From positions 1 to 64,000 of the forward strand of contig JBFMAF010000054.1 in the NCBI GenBank assembly GCA_040755995.1: a stretch of DNA of 64,000 nucleotides. Direction: 5' to 3'. Position numbers and translations under genes: made by a program. Origin of the DNA: Acidobacteriota bacterium. GTDB taxonomy: Bacteria; Acidobacteriota; CAIWXX01. The notes under the pieces were generated by a model. It was not told where the DNA came from. It saw only the letters and a list, made by a program, of their open reading frames with translations, and did not search any database. Positions 29,216-37,331 of the stretch are shown in pieces. Every line of letters starts with the position of its first letter. Positions within the stretch are counted from its first letter, which is position 1.

Positions 29216-31750
29216 CTATTCCGTCTTGCCCACCGGGCTCTCGAACAGAGCCGGATCGAGGTTGACATTGACCTCGTAGTCATCGATCGTGTACGCGCCG
29301 ACCAATTCGCCGTTTGCGCTGATCACTCTCGAGTAGGCGACCCACATCCCATCGACTCGGCGCCAATCGGAGGAATCGATCTGATAGTCCGCGGGGCCGT
29401 ACGTCGTAATGCAGTGGAATCGTTCCCGCAGGATGCGCCCATTGGAAGGATCGACAAACCAGCGCGCCTCCGCGCCATCATACGTCACATCGAGTATGTC
29501 CGCCTGCACGTCGTCGATCTTCTCTGTGCCCGCGCAGTTGAGCTCAACCTTGCCGCCGGCAAGAGCGTTGGCGGCCGTAATTGGAGAAATCTTGAATACT
29601 CGGCGGCACTCATCAGCCTCAAGACCGGACAGGACTCGCGTCTCGGATCCGATGATCTCGATGCAGGCTTCTGAAGACACAAGCAAGACGAACTTCATCA
29701 TCGGGAATTCGATGTCCTGCCGTATGCGATCGGGTAACAGCCTGGAGACGACGATTTTCATATCCACCATTCCACGGTGCCCTTTGTCAATCCCTGTGGC
29801 CTTGAACCGGATATCCCGCACGGACGCCACCTTCTCATTGCCGCCGAGCGACTCGATGACCTTGTCGAACACGATTCTGCCTTCTGCCATCGAGTCGGCG
29901 GTCACAGCCGGCTTCTTCGGAGCTGCGGGTAGGGAGATCACGCTGGCGAGCGGAGCGACCGGGCTGATCGGTGTTAGCGGCCTGTTGGAAGATGTCGCGA
30001 TCGCCATGCATGTATTATGTGCCGCCAGCACCCACTTCATTCGGCCGGCCTGATTCGTTGCCTGCGGCGCGGAATCGCCGAGCATGGCCTTCAGGCCGGC
30101 GCCCTTCGGGATGATACCTGTTGCATCAAACTCCACATCGCGCGCCGCCTTCGAGAGATTGACTCCGACCAGCGCCGTCTCTTCAGGCGAAACCTTCGCC
30201 ATGACCAGCACATCCTTGTCCGCAAACAGAGGCAGTCTCGCCCCGCGGGCCAGCACATCACTGTGCGCCGATCTTGTTTGCAGGGCCTGCCTGACGCGCC
30301 CCACCAATTGTGAATCCAGATCTTGCCAGGGCATGGGAATCCTGCCCGAGTCCAGGACACCTTCACTTGGCCTCGTGTGGATGATGCCGGTTTCAGTCCC
30401 ATAGAACACTACTATCGGCCCCGAGAGGCTCGATAGGAATCTGATGGCGGCCACGAGCCTGTCTTGCTCGCCGGTCCACGACATGAACCTTGCGAGGTCG
30501 TGGTTGTCGAGGAAAAACGCCGGAGTGGCGCCGGCAGAGTATTCGGCAGCCGTCCGTTGGAGCCACGTCTCGATATCCAACACAGGGTCCCCCCTGGCAA
30601 AGGCGGCAGTCATGGTCATCTGCACCGGAAAATCGAGAAGAGAATCGAACTGCGGAGTCCCGCTCACCGGCTCGTAATAGGTCGCGATGTCGCGAGCATT
30701 GGCCTCCTGCCGCTCCGCGTCGTTCCAGCACTCGCCCATTAGAAATGCGCCTGGCTTCACCTTCTTCACTTCAGCGTAAAGCTGCGACCAGAAATCGTGC
30801 GGCACGCCGCGAGCATAGTCCAGGCGCAGGCCGTCCACATTCATGTCCCGCAGCCAATACAGAGCCGCTTCGATCAGGAATCGCCTGGTGTTCGGATCAT
30901 CGAGATCCCAATATTGATAGCCGGCCCCCCAACTGTCCCAGAGCTTCTCGGCATCCTGCTTCGGACCGGTTGCGCGCGGATGCAGGCCCTGGGGATCGCC
31001 GTCGGGGAGCTGATAGAGCTTGCTCGCATGATTCAGCGGCAAGTCCAGAATGATGCGGATTCCCTTGCTGTGCGCCTCGCTGACCAAACGCCGGAACAGA
31101 TCGAGCGAGGCTTTGTGATCCACGGGCACGCCCACTGCGTCCCCTATCAGGTAGTAGTTCTTGACATCGTAGCCGTGCGAAGTGTCGCAGGCGAAAATCG
31201 GGCTCAGCCAAATGGCATTGGCGCCGATGAAGCGGATGTAGTCGAGACTCTGCAGTACGCCCTGCAAATCGCCGCTGGCATAATTGGGATGGCGCCAGCC
31301 AGTGAGCTCGTTGTCGTTGGATGGGTCGCCGTTGCGAAACATCTCCACCATGATGTGATAAATGATCCAGTCATTGAATGGCGCATCGCTCTGATGAGCG
31401 GCGCGAATGGAGATCGCCGCGAGGGGGCTGCCCTCCTTCTGCCAGGCCTCCACCACCCCAATCTGCCGCGCGTCGGGCGGCACACCGTCCAGCCTGAATC
31501 GCAGGAGCCCGGGGCCTGCTTGTTCCGCATCCGCGGAGAGCCGGGCCGAGCCGGCCAGAAAGTCCAGTTTCTTCCCGGCGCCGCCGGCCGGCTCACCTGT
31601 GGCCAGAACCGCTTCCCACTGGCCGCTTGATACGCCGGGATGCAATGTCACGACGCGAATCTCGGAGACCGATCCGGCGCTGACAAAGACGCATGCAAGA
31701 AGGCTGGACGCGATCGTGGCTAAGTACGCCGCCTGGAAGCAGGGGACCAT
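29216..31750 (-). CDS. GH13 alpha-amylase-family enzyme fused to a C-terminal beta-rich LolA-like domain (start uncertain)
   Basis: IYHIMVEMFRNGD, GDLQGV, HGYDV, DGLRLDYA, GECW, FLDNHD; Pro-rich linker then about 230 extra aa. Confidence 0.85.
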   Translation of the reverse strand: MVPCFQAAYLATIASSLLACVFVSAGSVSEIRVVTLHPGVSSGQWEAVLATGEPAGGAGKKLDFLAGSARLSADAEQAGPGLLRFRLDGVPPDARQIGVVEAWQKEGSPLAAISIRAAHQSDAPFNDWIIYHIMVEMFRNGDPSNDNELTGWRHPNYASGDLQGVLQSLDYIRFIGANAIWLSPIFACDTSHGYDVKNYYLIGDAVGVPVDHKASLDLFRRLVSEAHSKGIRIILDLPLNHASKLYQLPDGDPQGLHPRATGPKQDAEKLWDSWGAGYQYWDLDDPNTRRFLIEAALYWLRDMNVDGLRLDYARGVPHDFWSQLYAEVKKVKPGAFLMGECWNDAERQEANARDIATYYEPVSGTPQFDSLLDFPVQMTMTAAFARGDPVLDIETWLQRTAAEYSAGATPAFFLDNHDLARFMSWTGEQDRLVAAIRFLSSLSGPIVVFYGTETGIIHTRPSEGVLDSGRIPMPWQDLDSQLVGRVRQALQTRSAHSDVLARGARLPLFADKDVLVMAKVSPEETALVGVNLSKAARDVEFDATGIIPKGAGLKAMLGDSAPQATNQAGRMKWVLAAHNTCMAIATSSNRPLTPISPVAPLASVISLPAAPKKPAVTADSMAEGRIVFDKVIESLGGNEKVASVRDIRFKATGIDKGHRGMVDMKIVVSRLLPDRIRQDIEFPMMKFVLLVSSEACIEIIGSETRVLSGLEADECRRVFKISPITAANALAGGKVELNCAGTEKIDDVQADILDVTYDGAEARWFVDPSNGRILRERFHCITTYGPADYQIDSSDWRRVDGMWVAYSRVISANGELVGAYTIDDYEVNVNLDPALFESPVGKTE

Positions 31751-31866
31751 CGCCAAGGAGGATGCGCTATACAGAAGGAGCCTCCCAAGCAAGGTCTTCG
31801 CCCGCGCCGAGTTCCAAGAGGCCGAGGCGTACCGTAGTCTCCGTGATCGACTGCTGAGCTTGGGCT

Positions 31867-32097
31867 TCATGCAGGTCCTCTTGATGGCCCTCGCGGCGGT
31901 CTCGGGAGGGGTATCGACTCCCGGTCGAGAGCCGCGAAGAGCGCGCTCTGGATCCACCGGGTCACTGAAACACCGTGTACCTGCGCATGATTACGAACAC
32001 GGACCAGTAGGTGAATCGGCAGCCTGATGGTCACACTCCGACGGACGCCCTGGACTGCCGGACGGCCCGCGCCTGGCCTCCGCCCTCCCCTAGGCAA
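31867..32097 (-). CDS. Small RHH-like DNA-binding protein with RGGRRPGAGRP arm
   Basis: TTG start overlapping the upstream stop; PRGGRRPGAGRP..SVTIRLPIHLL..VSVTRWIQSAL. Confidence 0.65.
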   Translation of the reverse strand: MPRGGRRPGAGRPAVQGVRRSVTIRLPIHLLVRVRNHAQVHGVSVTRWIQSALFAALDRESIPLPRPPRGPSRGPA

Positions 32098-32395
32098 TGG
32101 CGACTCTCTCCCTTGCTTGCTCAGCGTGCTTCGCCGCAGCAACCTTCCCTTGGCGGACTCCCAATTCCAGCCACATGTCTTTCAAAACCCGGTAAAGGGG
32201 TTCCTTCAGCACGTCCAAGTGCGACTTCTTGCCCTTGTAAATTGGCGAGTTCATTCCGAATGCGAAGTCATCGAAGGAAAGCCAGTGAACTCCGCGATCG
32301 AACCTTTCCCGCGCGCGTTTGTAGAAACTGCGTTCCTCCGACGACAAACGGGAGAGATCGACCTCAATGCCCGTCCGCGCATTCTTGTACTTCAT
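32090..32395 (-). CDS. Hypothetical protein (101 aa), middle gene of the left islet operon
   Basis: ATGA overlap with the upstream gene, GAGGAGG RBS; PLYRVLKDMWLELGVRQG. Confidence 0.78.
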   Translation of the reverse strand: MKYKNARTGIEVDLSRLSSEERSFYKRARERFDRGVHWLSFDDFAFGMNSPIYKGKKSHLDVLKEPLYRVLKDMWLELGVRQGKVAAAKHAEQARERVAIA

Positions 32396-32715
32396 GCTCC
32401 CTCCTCGCGGATCAGTTCAAACGAGACAGGGTGGTATTCCAGGAACATCGCCTCTTGACAGTAACGCCTGCACGCCTCTCGAAGAAACTCTCGTACGGCG
32501 ATCAAATCGAAATCACCGTCGATAATCACACGGTACCAGACGTTCTCATCGCTGTATCCCTGCCACCAGCCTCTCACGGTGCCGTGTTCCGTGTATCCTT
32601 CGCGGAACAGCACGCGAAGATGATCCTTCTGCCATTCCCACACGTCCTCTTCGAAAGGGGCACCGTCATTATCGGCACACGGAAACATCAAGTTCACCTC
32701 GATTGCATCTGCCAT
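32392..32715 (-). CDS. Small DUF3574/SAM-lyase-like protein A
   Basis: FPCADNDG, FREGYT..VRGWWQG..DE, CQEAMFL; promoter and RBS upstream. Confidence 0.6.
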   Translation of the reverse strand: MADAIEVNLMFPCADNDGAPFEEDVWEWQKDHLRVLFREGYTEHGTVRGWWQGYSDENVWYRVIIDGDFDLIAVREFLREACRRYCQEAMFLEYHPVSFELIREEGA

Positions 32716-32750
32716 GTTCCTGGTCCTCTCCTGCCTGCCTTCATTGCCAA

Positions 32751-32779
32751 ATCGTAGCGTCCCGCACGGAAATTGTCAA
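32751..32779 (-). promoter_or_regulatory. Sigma70 promoter of the left islet operon
   Basis: TTGACA-N17-TACGAT; short TTGT-N4-ACAA palindrome (32773-32784) overlaps the -35. Confidence 0.75.
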
Positions 32780-33033
32780 TACAAATTCGGACGTCTCAGC
32801 TTTCGAATACGGCGCTCGGCGATTAGCGTGGGCGAAAGGGAGCGGAGTCATTCGTCGTCGTCGAGCAGCCTGATTGGCAAGGCCTGCGGTGCAGAGTAGG
32901 CCGGGCCGGTCGCCGGCTGATCACCGGCAGTTACCGCGTGGCATCCGTACCATCATCAGCCCTCCACCTTATCCCGCCCTCCTTGCCATCTCCCGTCGGT
33001 CTGCCACGGGAACGAGAGTTTTAGAATAAAAAG

Positions 33034-33061
33034 TTGACTTTTTGATCACAATTGATATTGT
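33034..33061 (+). promoter_or_regulatory. Sigma70 promoter of the right islet operon, near-leaderless
   Basis: A-tract, TTGACT-N16-(TGA)TATTGT; TTG 33067 / ATG 33070 follow. Confidence 0.65.
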
Positions 33062-33069
33062 AGAGGTTG

Positions 33070-33465
33070 ATGAAAGGTTTGGAGGATCGATTCGGATCAA
33101 CTCTGCCTCGTGGCACTCTCCAGATCACATTGTTTGTGCCGAGTGTTGATCGCGATGGCGTACGGATCGACCAAGACTACTGGCGTGAGGAGACACTGCG
33201 GATATTCGGCACCCTCTTTCGCGGAGCGACGGCATTTCCACCTGGCCGTGGTGTTTGGCGGGACGATGAGCGAGGCGGTGAACTCGTCTTTGACGACACG
33301 GTCTTGGTGACGTCTTATGCAGATCCTATGGCACTCACGGATGAAGTATTTGCTGAGTTGCGCCGGTTCGTTCATCGACTTGGTCGGGAATCCAATCAGG
33401 GTGAGGTGGGAATCGTTGTCGGAGGAGAGTATTACGGGATCAAGGACTTTGATCTGGTGGAGTGA
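33070..33465 (+). CDS. Small DUF3574/SAM-lyase-like protein B
   Basis: TLFVPSVDRDG, FRGATAF..GRGVWRD..GELVFDD, SNQGEVGIV. Confidence 0.65.
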   Translation: MKGLEDRFGSTLPRGTLQITLFVPSVDRDGVRIDQDYWREETLRIFGTLFRGATAFPPGRGVWRDDERGGELVFDDTVLVTSYADPMALTDEVFAELRRFVHRLGRESNQGEVGIVVGGEYYGIKDFDLVE

Positions 33466-33470
33466 CTATC

Positions 33471-33926
33471 ATGGCGGAAAACGAGAGGAGCTTCGTTGAG
33501 CGGGTTAGCAAGGCTCTAGGAGCGCATCGAGTCGTTCGTCTCGAGGGGCTCCCGAGTCAAGGCCCCCTTGACCTCCTTACACTTCGAGAGGAAGTTCTTC
33601 GCTCGATCAAATCAACTGGAGGTCGTCCCACTAATCCCGAGTGGGAGATCACCCGAGCGATCCGCTTTCGCGCAGCGCATTGGAAACAACTCGAAAAACT
33701 AGCGCGTGTTCTGGGGAGTCCAGGTCACAGGATTAGCGCGGGGCAGTTGGCATCCACTTTGGTTGAACGGGGAATATGGAACCTATCGAACGCTGTTCAG
33801 GAAACGATGTCTTCCGTGATGTTCAAGTTGAGAGAACCAGATATCGTTCTTGAACGGGCGTCACTCTATGGCACTGGTGTCCCCGTCGTCAAAGACCGCG
33901 AGAACGATTCCGATGCTCACTCGTGA
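33471..33926 (+). CDS. Hypothetical protein with C-terminal RHH-like region
   Basis: GPLDLL..STGGRPTNPEW..RAIRF..WKQLEKLA..ISAGQLASTLVERG; GGAG RBS. Confidence 0.68.
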   Translation: MAENERSFVERVSKALGAHRVVRLEGLPSQGPLDLLTLREEVLRSIKSTGGRPTNPEWEITRAIRFRAAHWKQLEKLARVLGSPGHRISAGQLASTLVERGIWNLSNAVQETMSSVMFKLREPDIVLERASLYGTGVPVVKDRENDSDAHS

Positions 33927-34671
33927 CTGGCTAAAAGCATTTCTGCCGATCGGGGTGATCGAAGACGGCATGTGGAAACCACTGGGCGCCGGGGTGCTTT
34001 TCGTTGAAGAGCGATTGCTCTGGCTGGTCACGGCCGCACATGTAGTCACCACCGCTGATTCCGGAGCACGCCACGCTACGTTGGTGGGACGAAAAGGCGG
34101 GGGCGTGGCCGTCCTGAATCTCACGGATTTCTTCAAGCAGGCGGGCATCAATTGGCAGGTGGACCCGGCGTACGACCTGGCGCTCGGGTTGATGCCAGTA
34201 TTGCCGGACTTCGATATCAGAGCTCTAGAGAAGGGGCAGTGCCTCAGGGTAAGCGACGTTCTCCCCTCATTCCAGTGCTACACAGTTGGGTGTCCATACG
34301 GGGCTCGAGGATTCGACCCCTCGCGAGCGGCTACGCCACTCGTTCAGGGCGGCGTCATCGCGGGAGTGGATGAGACCCAAATGCGTATCTACATCACCGC
34401 ACCTACCTTTCCCGGGAACAGCGGTGGCCCGCTCCTTTTGGTGAAACCACCATACGCCGCGAACGGGTCGGTCACTATTGGGCCCAGAACGGTCTTCTTT
34501 GCGGGAATCGTCAGCGACTTTCTAACCGCACGTATGCCAGACGGCGATGGTATACATCCGGAGCTGCCTCCGTTGCACCTTGGCGTGGCCGTTGCCGCAG
34601 ACGCGGTGCTGGGTTTGATGGAGTCGAAGGGTGCTCGGGCGCTGGTCGAATTCGCGAAGAAAACGAGTTGA
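33913..34671 (+). CDS. Trypsin-like (S1) serine protease without signal peptide
   Basis: VTAAHV, YDLAL, PGNSGGP catalytic triad motifs; overlaps the upstream gene. Confidence 0.85.
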   Translation: MLTRDWLKAFLPIGVIEDGMWKPLGAGVLFVEERLLWLVTAAHVVTTADSGARHATLVGRKGGGVAVLNLTDFFKQAGINWQVDPAYDLALGLMPVLPDFDIRALEKGQCLRVSDVLPSFQCYTVGCPYGARGFDPSRAATPLVQGGVIAGVDETQMRIYITAPTFPGNSGGPLLLVKPPYAANGSVTIGPRTVFFAGIVSDFLTARMPDGDGIHPELPPLHLGVAVAADAVLGLMESKGARALVEFAKKTS

Positions 34672-35047
34672 ATGGCGTGCCGCGATGTAGGTTGTGAAAC
34701 CGGAGAGAGGCATTCAGATCTTGAACTGGCTGCATCCGGAGTTGCAGATTGAGAGTCAAACCGAGAGCGCGCGCAAACGTCCCGAGGGGCATTGTGGTAC
34801 CCAGGTGGTCTTGGCGGACCTGCGATCCGCCAAACCCCCCACTCATACTAATACGCATGCGAATTCTGCCGCAAGGCAGTGAGGGCGCGTCGAACCATGC
34901 GCGTAGATGCCTAATCGCCGTTAGGCGGCGAACTCAGTGAACCACAGGCCCCCCTGTGGGTGGAGTGCATGCAGTCTGGCTGTGCCACTCTGGTTTTACC
35001 GAGGTGCAAGGGGCTCAGCGCCGCGGCTTGGAAGTGGAAGAGAACGG

Positions 35048-35123
35048 TGGAGCCGGCGGAGGGAGTTGAACCCCCGACCTACTGATTACGAATCAGCCGC
35101 TCTACCAACTGAGCTACGCCGGC
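35048..35123 (-). tRNA. tRNA-Thr (CGT)
   Basis: GCCGGCGTAGCTCAGTTGGTAGAGC..CTGATTCGTAATCAG..GGTTCAACTCC..CGCCGGCTCCA; 76 nt cloverleaf with encoded CCA. Confidence 0.97.
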
Positions 35124-35231
35124 CAGGCGGTGCATTTGTACCACACCGTCCAATGGGTTTCAACCCTGTTGGCCCCCGCCCCCCGACCCAGCTGCCATCG
35201 AGCTTCTCATGCGCGAAACAGGAGCCAGTCC

Positions 35232-35606
35232 TCACCGAGAAGTGACACGTGGGGGCCCGGCATTGATCATCGGTATGCCCAAGGCAGGGAGAAGACAGGC
35301 CTCCACCTGTCGCAACGAAGTGACGCTGATCCCATCCGAGTAGCCCGCTCGGAATAGTCGGGACTTACGTATCAGAGTCACATTCTCGCAGCGCGCAACT
35401 GAGTCTTCGAGCAGCCCGCCTTCTCCACGGTGAAGAGGGACGTGGGTGGGTGACGGTCGGAGCCTCGCGGTGATCGGGACCGCCAGAACGCTGTGCGCGA
35501 ACTCGTTCCGCGCGTCCGTAGAGACGATCAGCGCGGGTCGCGGCTTCGGGTCATCAGGGAATCGAGCTTCCCATATCTCTCCCCGACGTGGGAAGTCTCC
35601 GGTCAT
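35232..35606 (-). CDS. mazF: PemK/MazF-family toxin
   Basis: PRRGEIW, KPRPALIVS, VLAVPIT, GGL..DSVARCENV; ATGA overlap with the antitoxin. Confidence 0.9.
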   Translation of the reverse strand: MTGDFPRRGEIWEARFPDDPKPRPALIVSTDARNEFAHSVLAVPITARLRPSPTHVPLHRGEGGLLEDSVARCENVTLIRKSRLFRAGYSDGISVTSLRQVEACLLPALGIPMINAGPPRVTSR

Positions 35607-35854
35607 CGAGTGCGGCGCGGTGCTCCCCATGCGTACGGCGCGTCCCGCTCCGCAGAGTTCGCCCAGCCTTCATCCTCGTCGCGGTCTTCCTGTGTCTCGG
35701 TCAAGTAGTATTCGCGGATCGATGCGCTAATGGTGTCCGTCCTGGCATCTAGCTCACGTTCCACAAGGATCACGACTTCCGTATCTGGCGGCAGATCCAG
35801 CGTTCTATCGGGTATGACCACACGGCCGTCATACTTAGCCTTCACCGCAATCAT
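35603..35854 (-). CDS. DUF104/AF2212-like antitoxin
   Basis: AVKAKYDGRVVIP..LDLPPDTEVVILV plus acidic C-terminus; directly upstream of the toxin. Confidence 0.75.
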   Translation of the reverse strand: MIAVKAKYDGRVVIPDRTLDLPPDTEVVILVERELDARTDTISASIREYYLTETQEDRDEDEGWANSAERDAPYAWGAPRRTR

Positions 35855-35860
35855 GACAAC

Positions 35861-35889
35861 AGTCTAATCCCCAGGAGTACGATCGTCAA
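35861..35889 (-). promoter_or_regulatory. Leaderless sigma70 promoter of the TA pair
   Basis: TTGACG-N17-TAGACT, 6 nt, ATG. Confidence 0.78.
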
Positions 35890-36004
35890 CCTCACTTTCA
35901 CATCCACTTCCGGGGAGCCGGGAAGCAGACGGATCGGCATCGGAATGTCGACTGCGTGATATCATGGGCGCGGGGCTCAAAGCTGCGGGTCATCGGGGGG
36001 GACC

Positions 36005-37303
36005 ATGCGAATCGGCATGCAGACGTGGGGGAGCGAAGGAGACGCCCGGCCGTTTCTTGCCCTGGGGCTGGGGCTTGCCCGCGCCGGGCACCGCGTGACG
36101 CTCGCCATCTCCTGTCCGGACGGCCTTGAAGCTCTTCGAATCCCTGAACACACCAACCTGGCTGTGCTTGAAGCCGGCAGGCTCGCCGGAGACCAACAGG
36201 AGCTCGATGGACGCAAGAGGTTGTTCGCCCGGCTTTTCAGGAACAGGAATCCATTGACCCAGCTCAAGATGGTGCTGGCAGAGTACTACGACCCGTTCGT
36301 CGGCGAGATGTACGATGAGAGCGTGCGCCTTTGCGCCGACAACGAGATCGTCGTCTCGCACTTCGTCACATCCACCCTGCCCATGGCCGCGCGCAAGGCG
36401 GGCCGTCCGCTGGTCTCGGTGGCAACCTCGCCATACCTGCCCACCAGAGAGCTGGTGCCTCCCGGCATGCCTCGTCTCGGCGGTTTGGCCAACCTGATGA
36501 TGTGGCGGCTGGGGCTCCATCTGCTCAATCGCGCGTGCCAGCCGGGGATCGACACGCTGTGCAGTCGAGAGAGCATCAAGCCCGTGCCGCGATTGATCGA
36601 TCTTATCGATCGGGCCGCCCTGAACCTCGTTGCAGTCAGCCCCACTCTCAGCCCTCGGCCGTCAGACTGGCGAGACTCAGTGTACGTATCGGGATTCCTG
36701 AACCCGCCGTCCTCACAGACCGGAGGCGAGTTGCCGCCCGTCCTGGAGGCGTTTCTCGCCGCGGGTTCGCCGCCGGTCTACATCACGTTCGGCAGCATGG
36801 TTGCATTGGACCCCGACCCGACCCAGGTCACCCGCACCGTCATCGATGCGGTGAAGCAGACGGGATGCCGGGCGATTGTCCAGTCGCGATGGGACGTGGT
36901 CGCCGCCCGGCCTTCAGATCCGAACATCTGCTGCATCGAGTCTGCACCGCACAACGCGGTCTTCCCGCGCTGCGCCGCAGTAGTGCATCACGGCGGGGCG
37001 GGCACGACTCAGTCCGCAGTCCTGGCCCGCCGCCCGTCGGTGGTGGTGGTTCACATGACCGACCAGCTCTATTGGGGCTCCGTGCTGCACCGCCTCCGCG
37101 TCGCTCCCCGCTTCATCGAACGGCGCAGCCTGACTGCGAAGAAGCTGGCGCGCGCGATCCGGTGCGTGCTCGATAATCCCGGTATGCGCGAGAGAGCGGA
37201 GCGGCTCGGCGAGCATATGCGAAACGAAGACGGCGTCGCGACGGCCGTTGATCTCATCGATCGCCACTTCGGCCGCCCGGCGGCGCCGGGAATCTCAGAA
37301 TGA
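36005..37303 (+). CDS. GT-B family 1 glycosyltransferase (sterol glucosyltransferase-like)
   Basis: WGSEGDARPF, PVYITFGSM, PHNAVFPRCAAVVHHGGAGTT, DQLYWG. Confidence 0.92.
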   Translation: MRIGMQTWGSEGDARPFLALGLGLARAGHRVTLAISCPDGLEALRIPEHTNLAVLEAGRLAGDQQELDGRKRLFARLFRNRNPLTQLKMVLAEYYDPFVGEMYDESVRLCADNEIVVSHFVTSTLPMAARKAGRPLVSVATSPYLPTRELVPPGMPRLGGLANLMMWRLGLHLLNRACQPGIDTLCSRESIKPVPRLIDLIDRAALNLVAVSPTLSPRPSDWRDSVYVSGFLNPPSSQTGGELPPVLEAFLAAGSPPVYITFGSMVALDPDPTQVTRTVIDAVKQTGCRAIVQSRWDVVAARPSDPNICCIESAPHNAVFPRCAAVVHHGGAGTTQSAVLARRPSVVVVHMTDQLYWGSVLHRLRVAPRFIERRSLTAKKLARAIRCVLDNPGMRERAERLGEHMRNEDGVATAVDLIDRHFGRPAAPGISE

Positions 37304-37331
37304 CGGCGCCGGCTGAGCAGGACCGCCGCGG

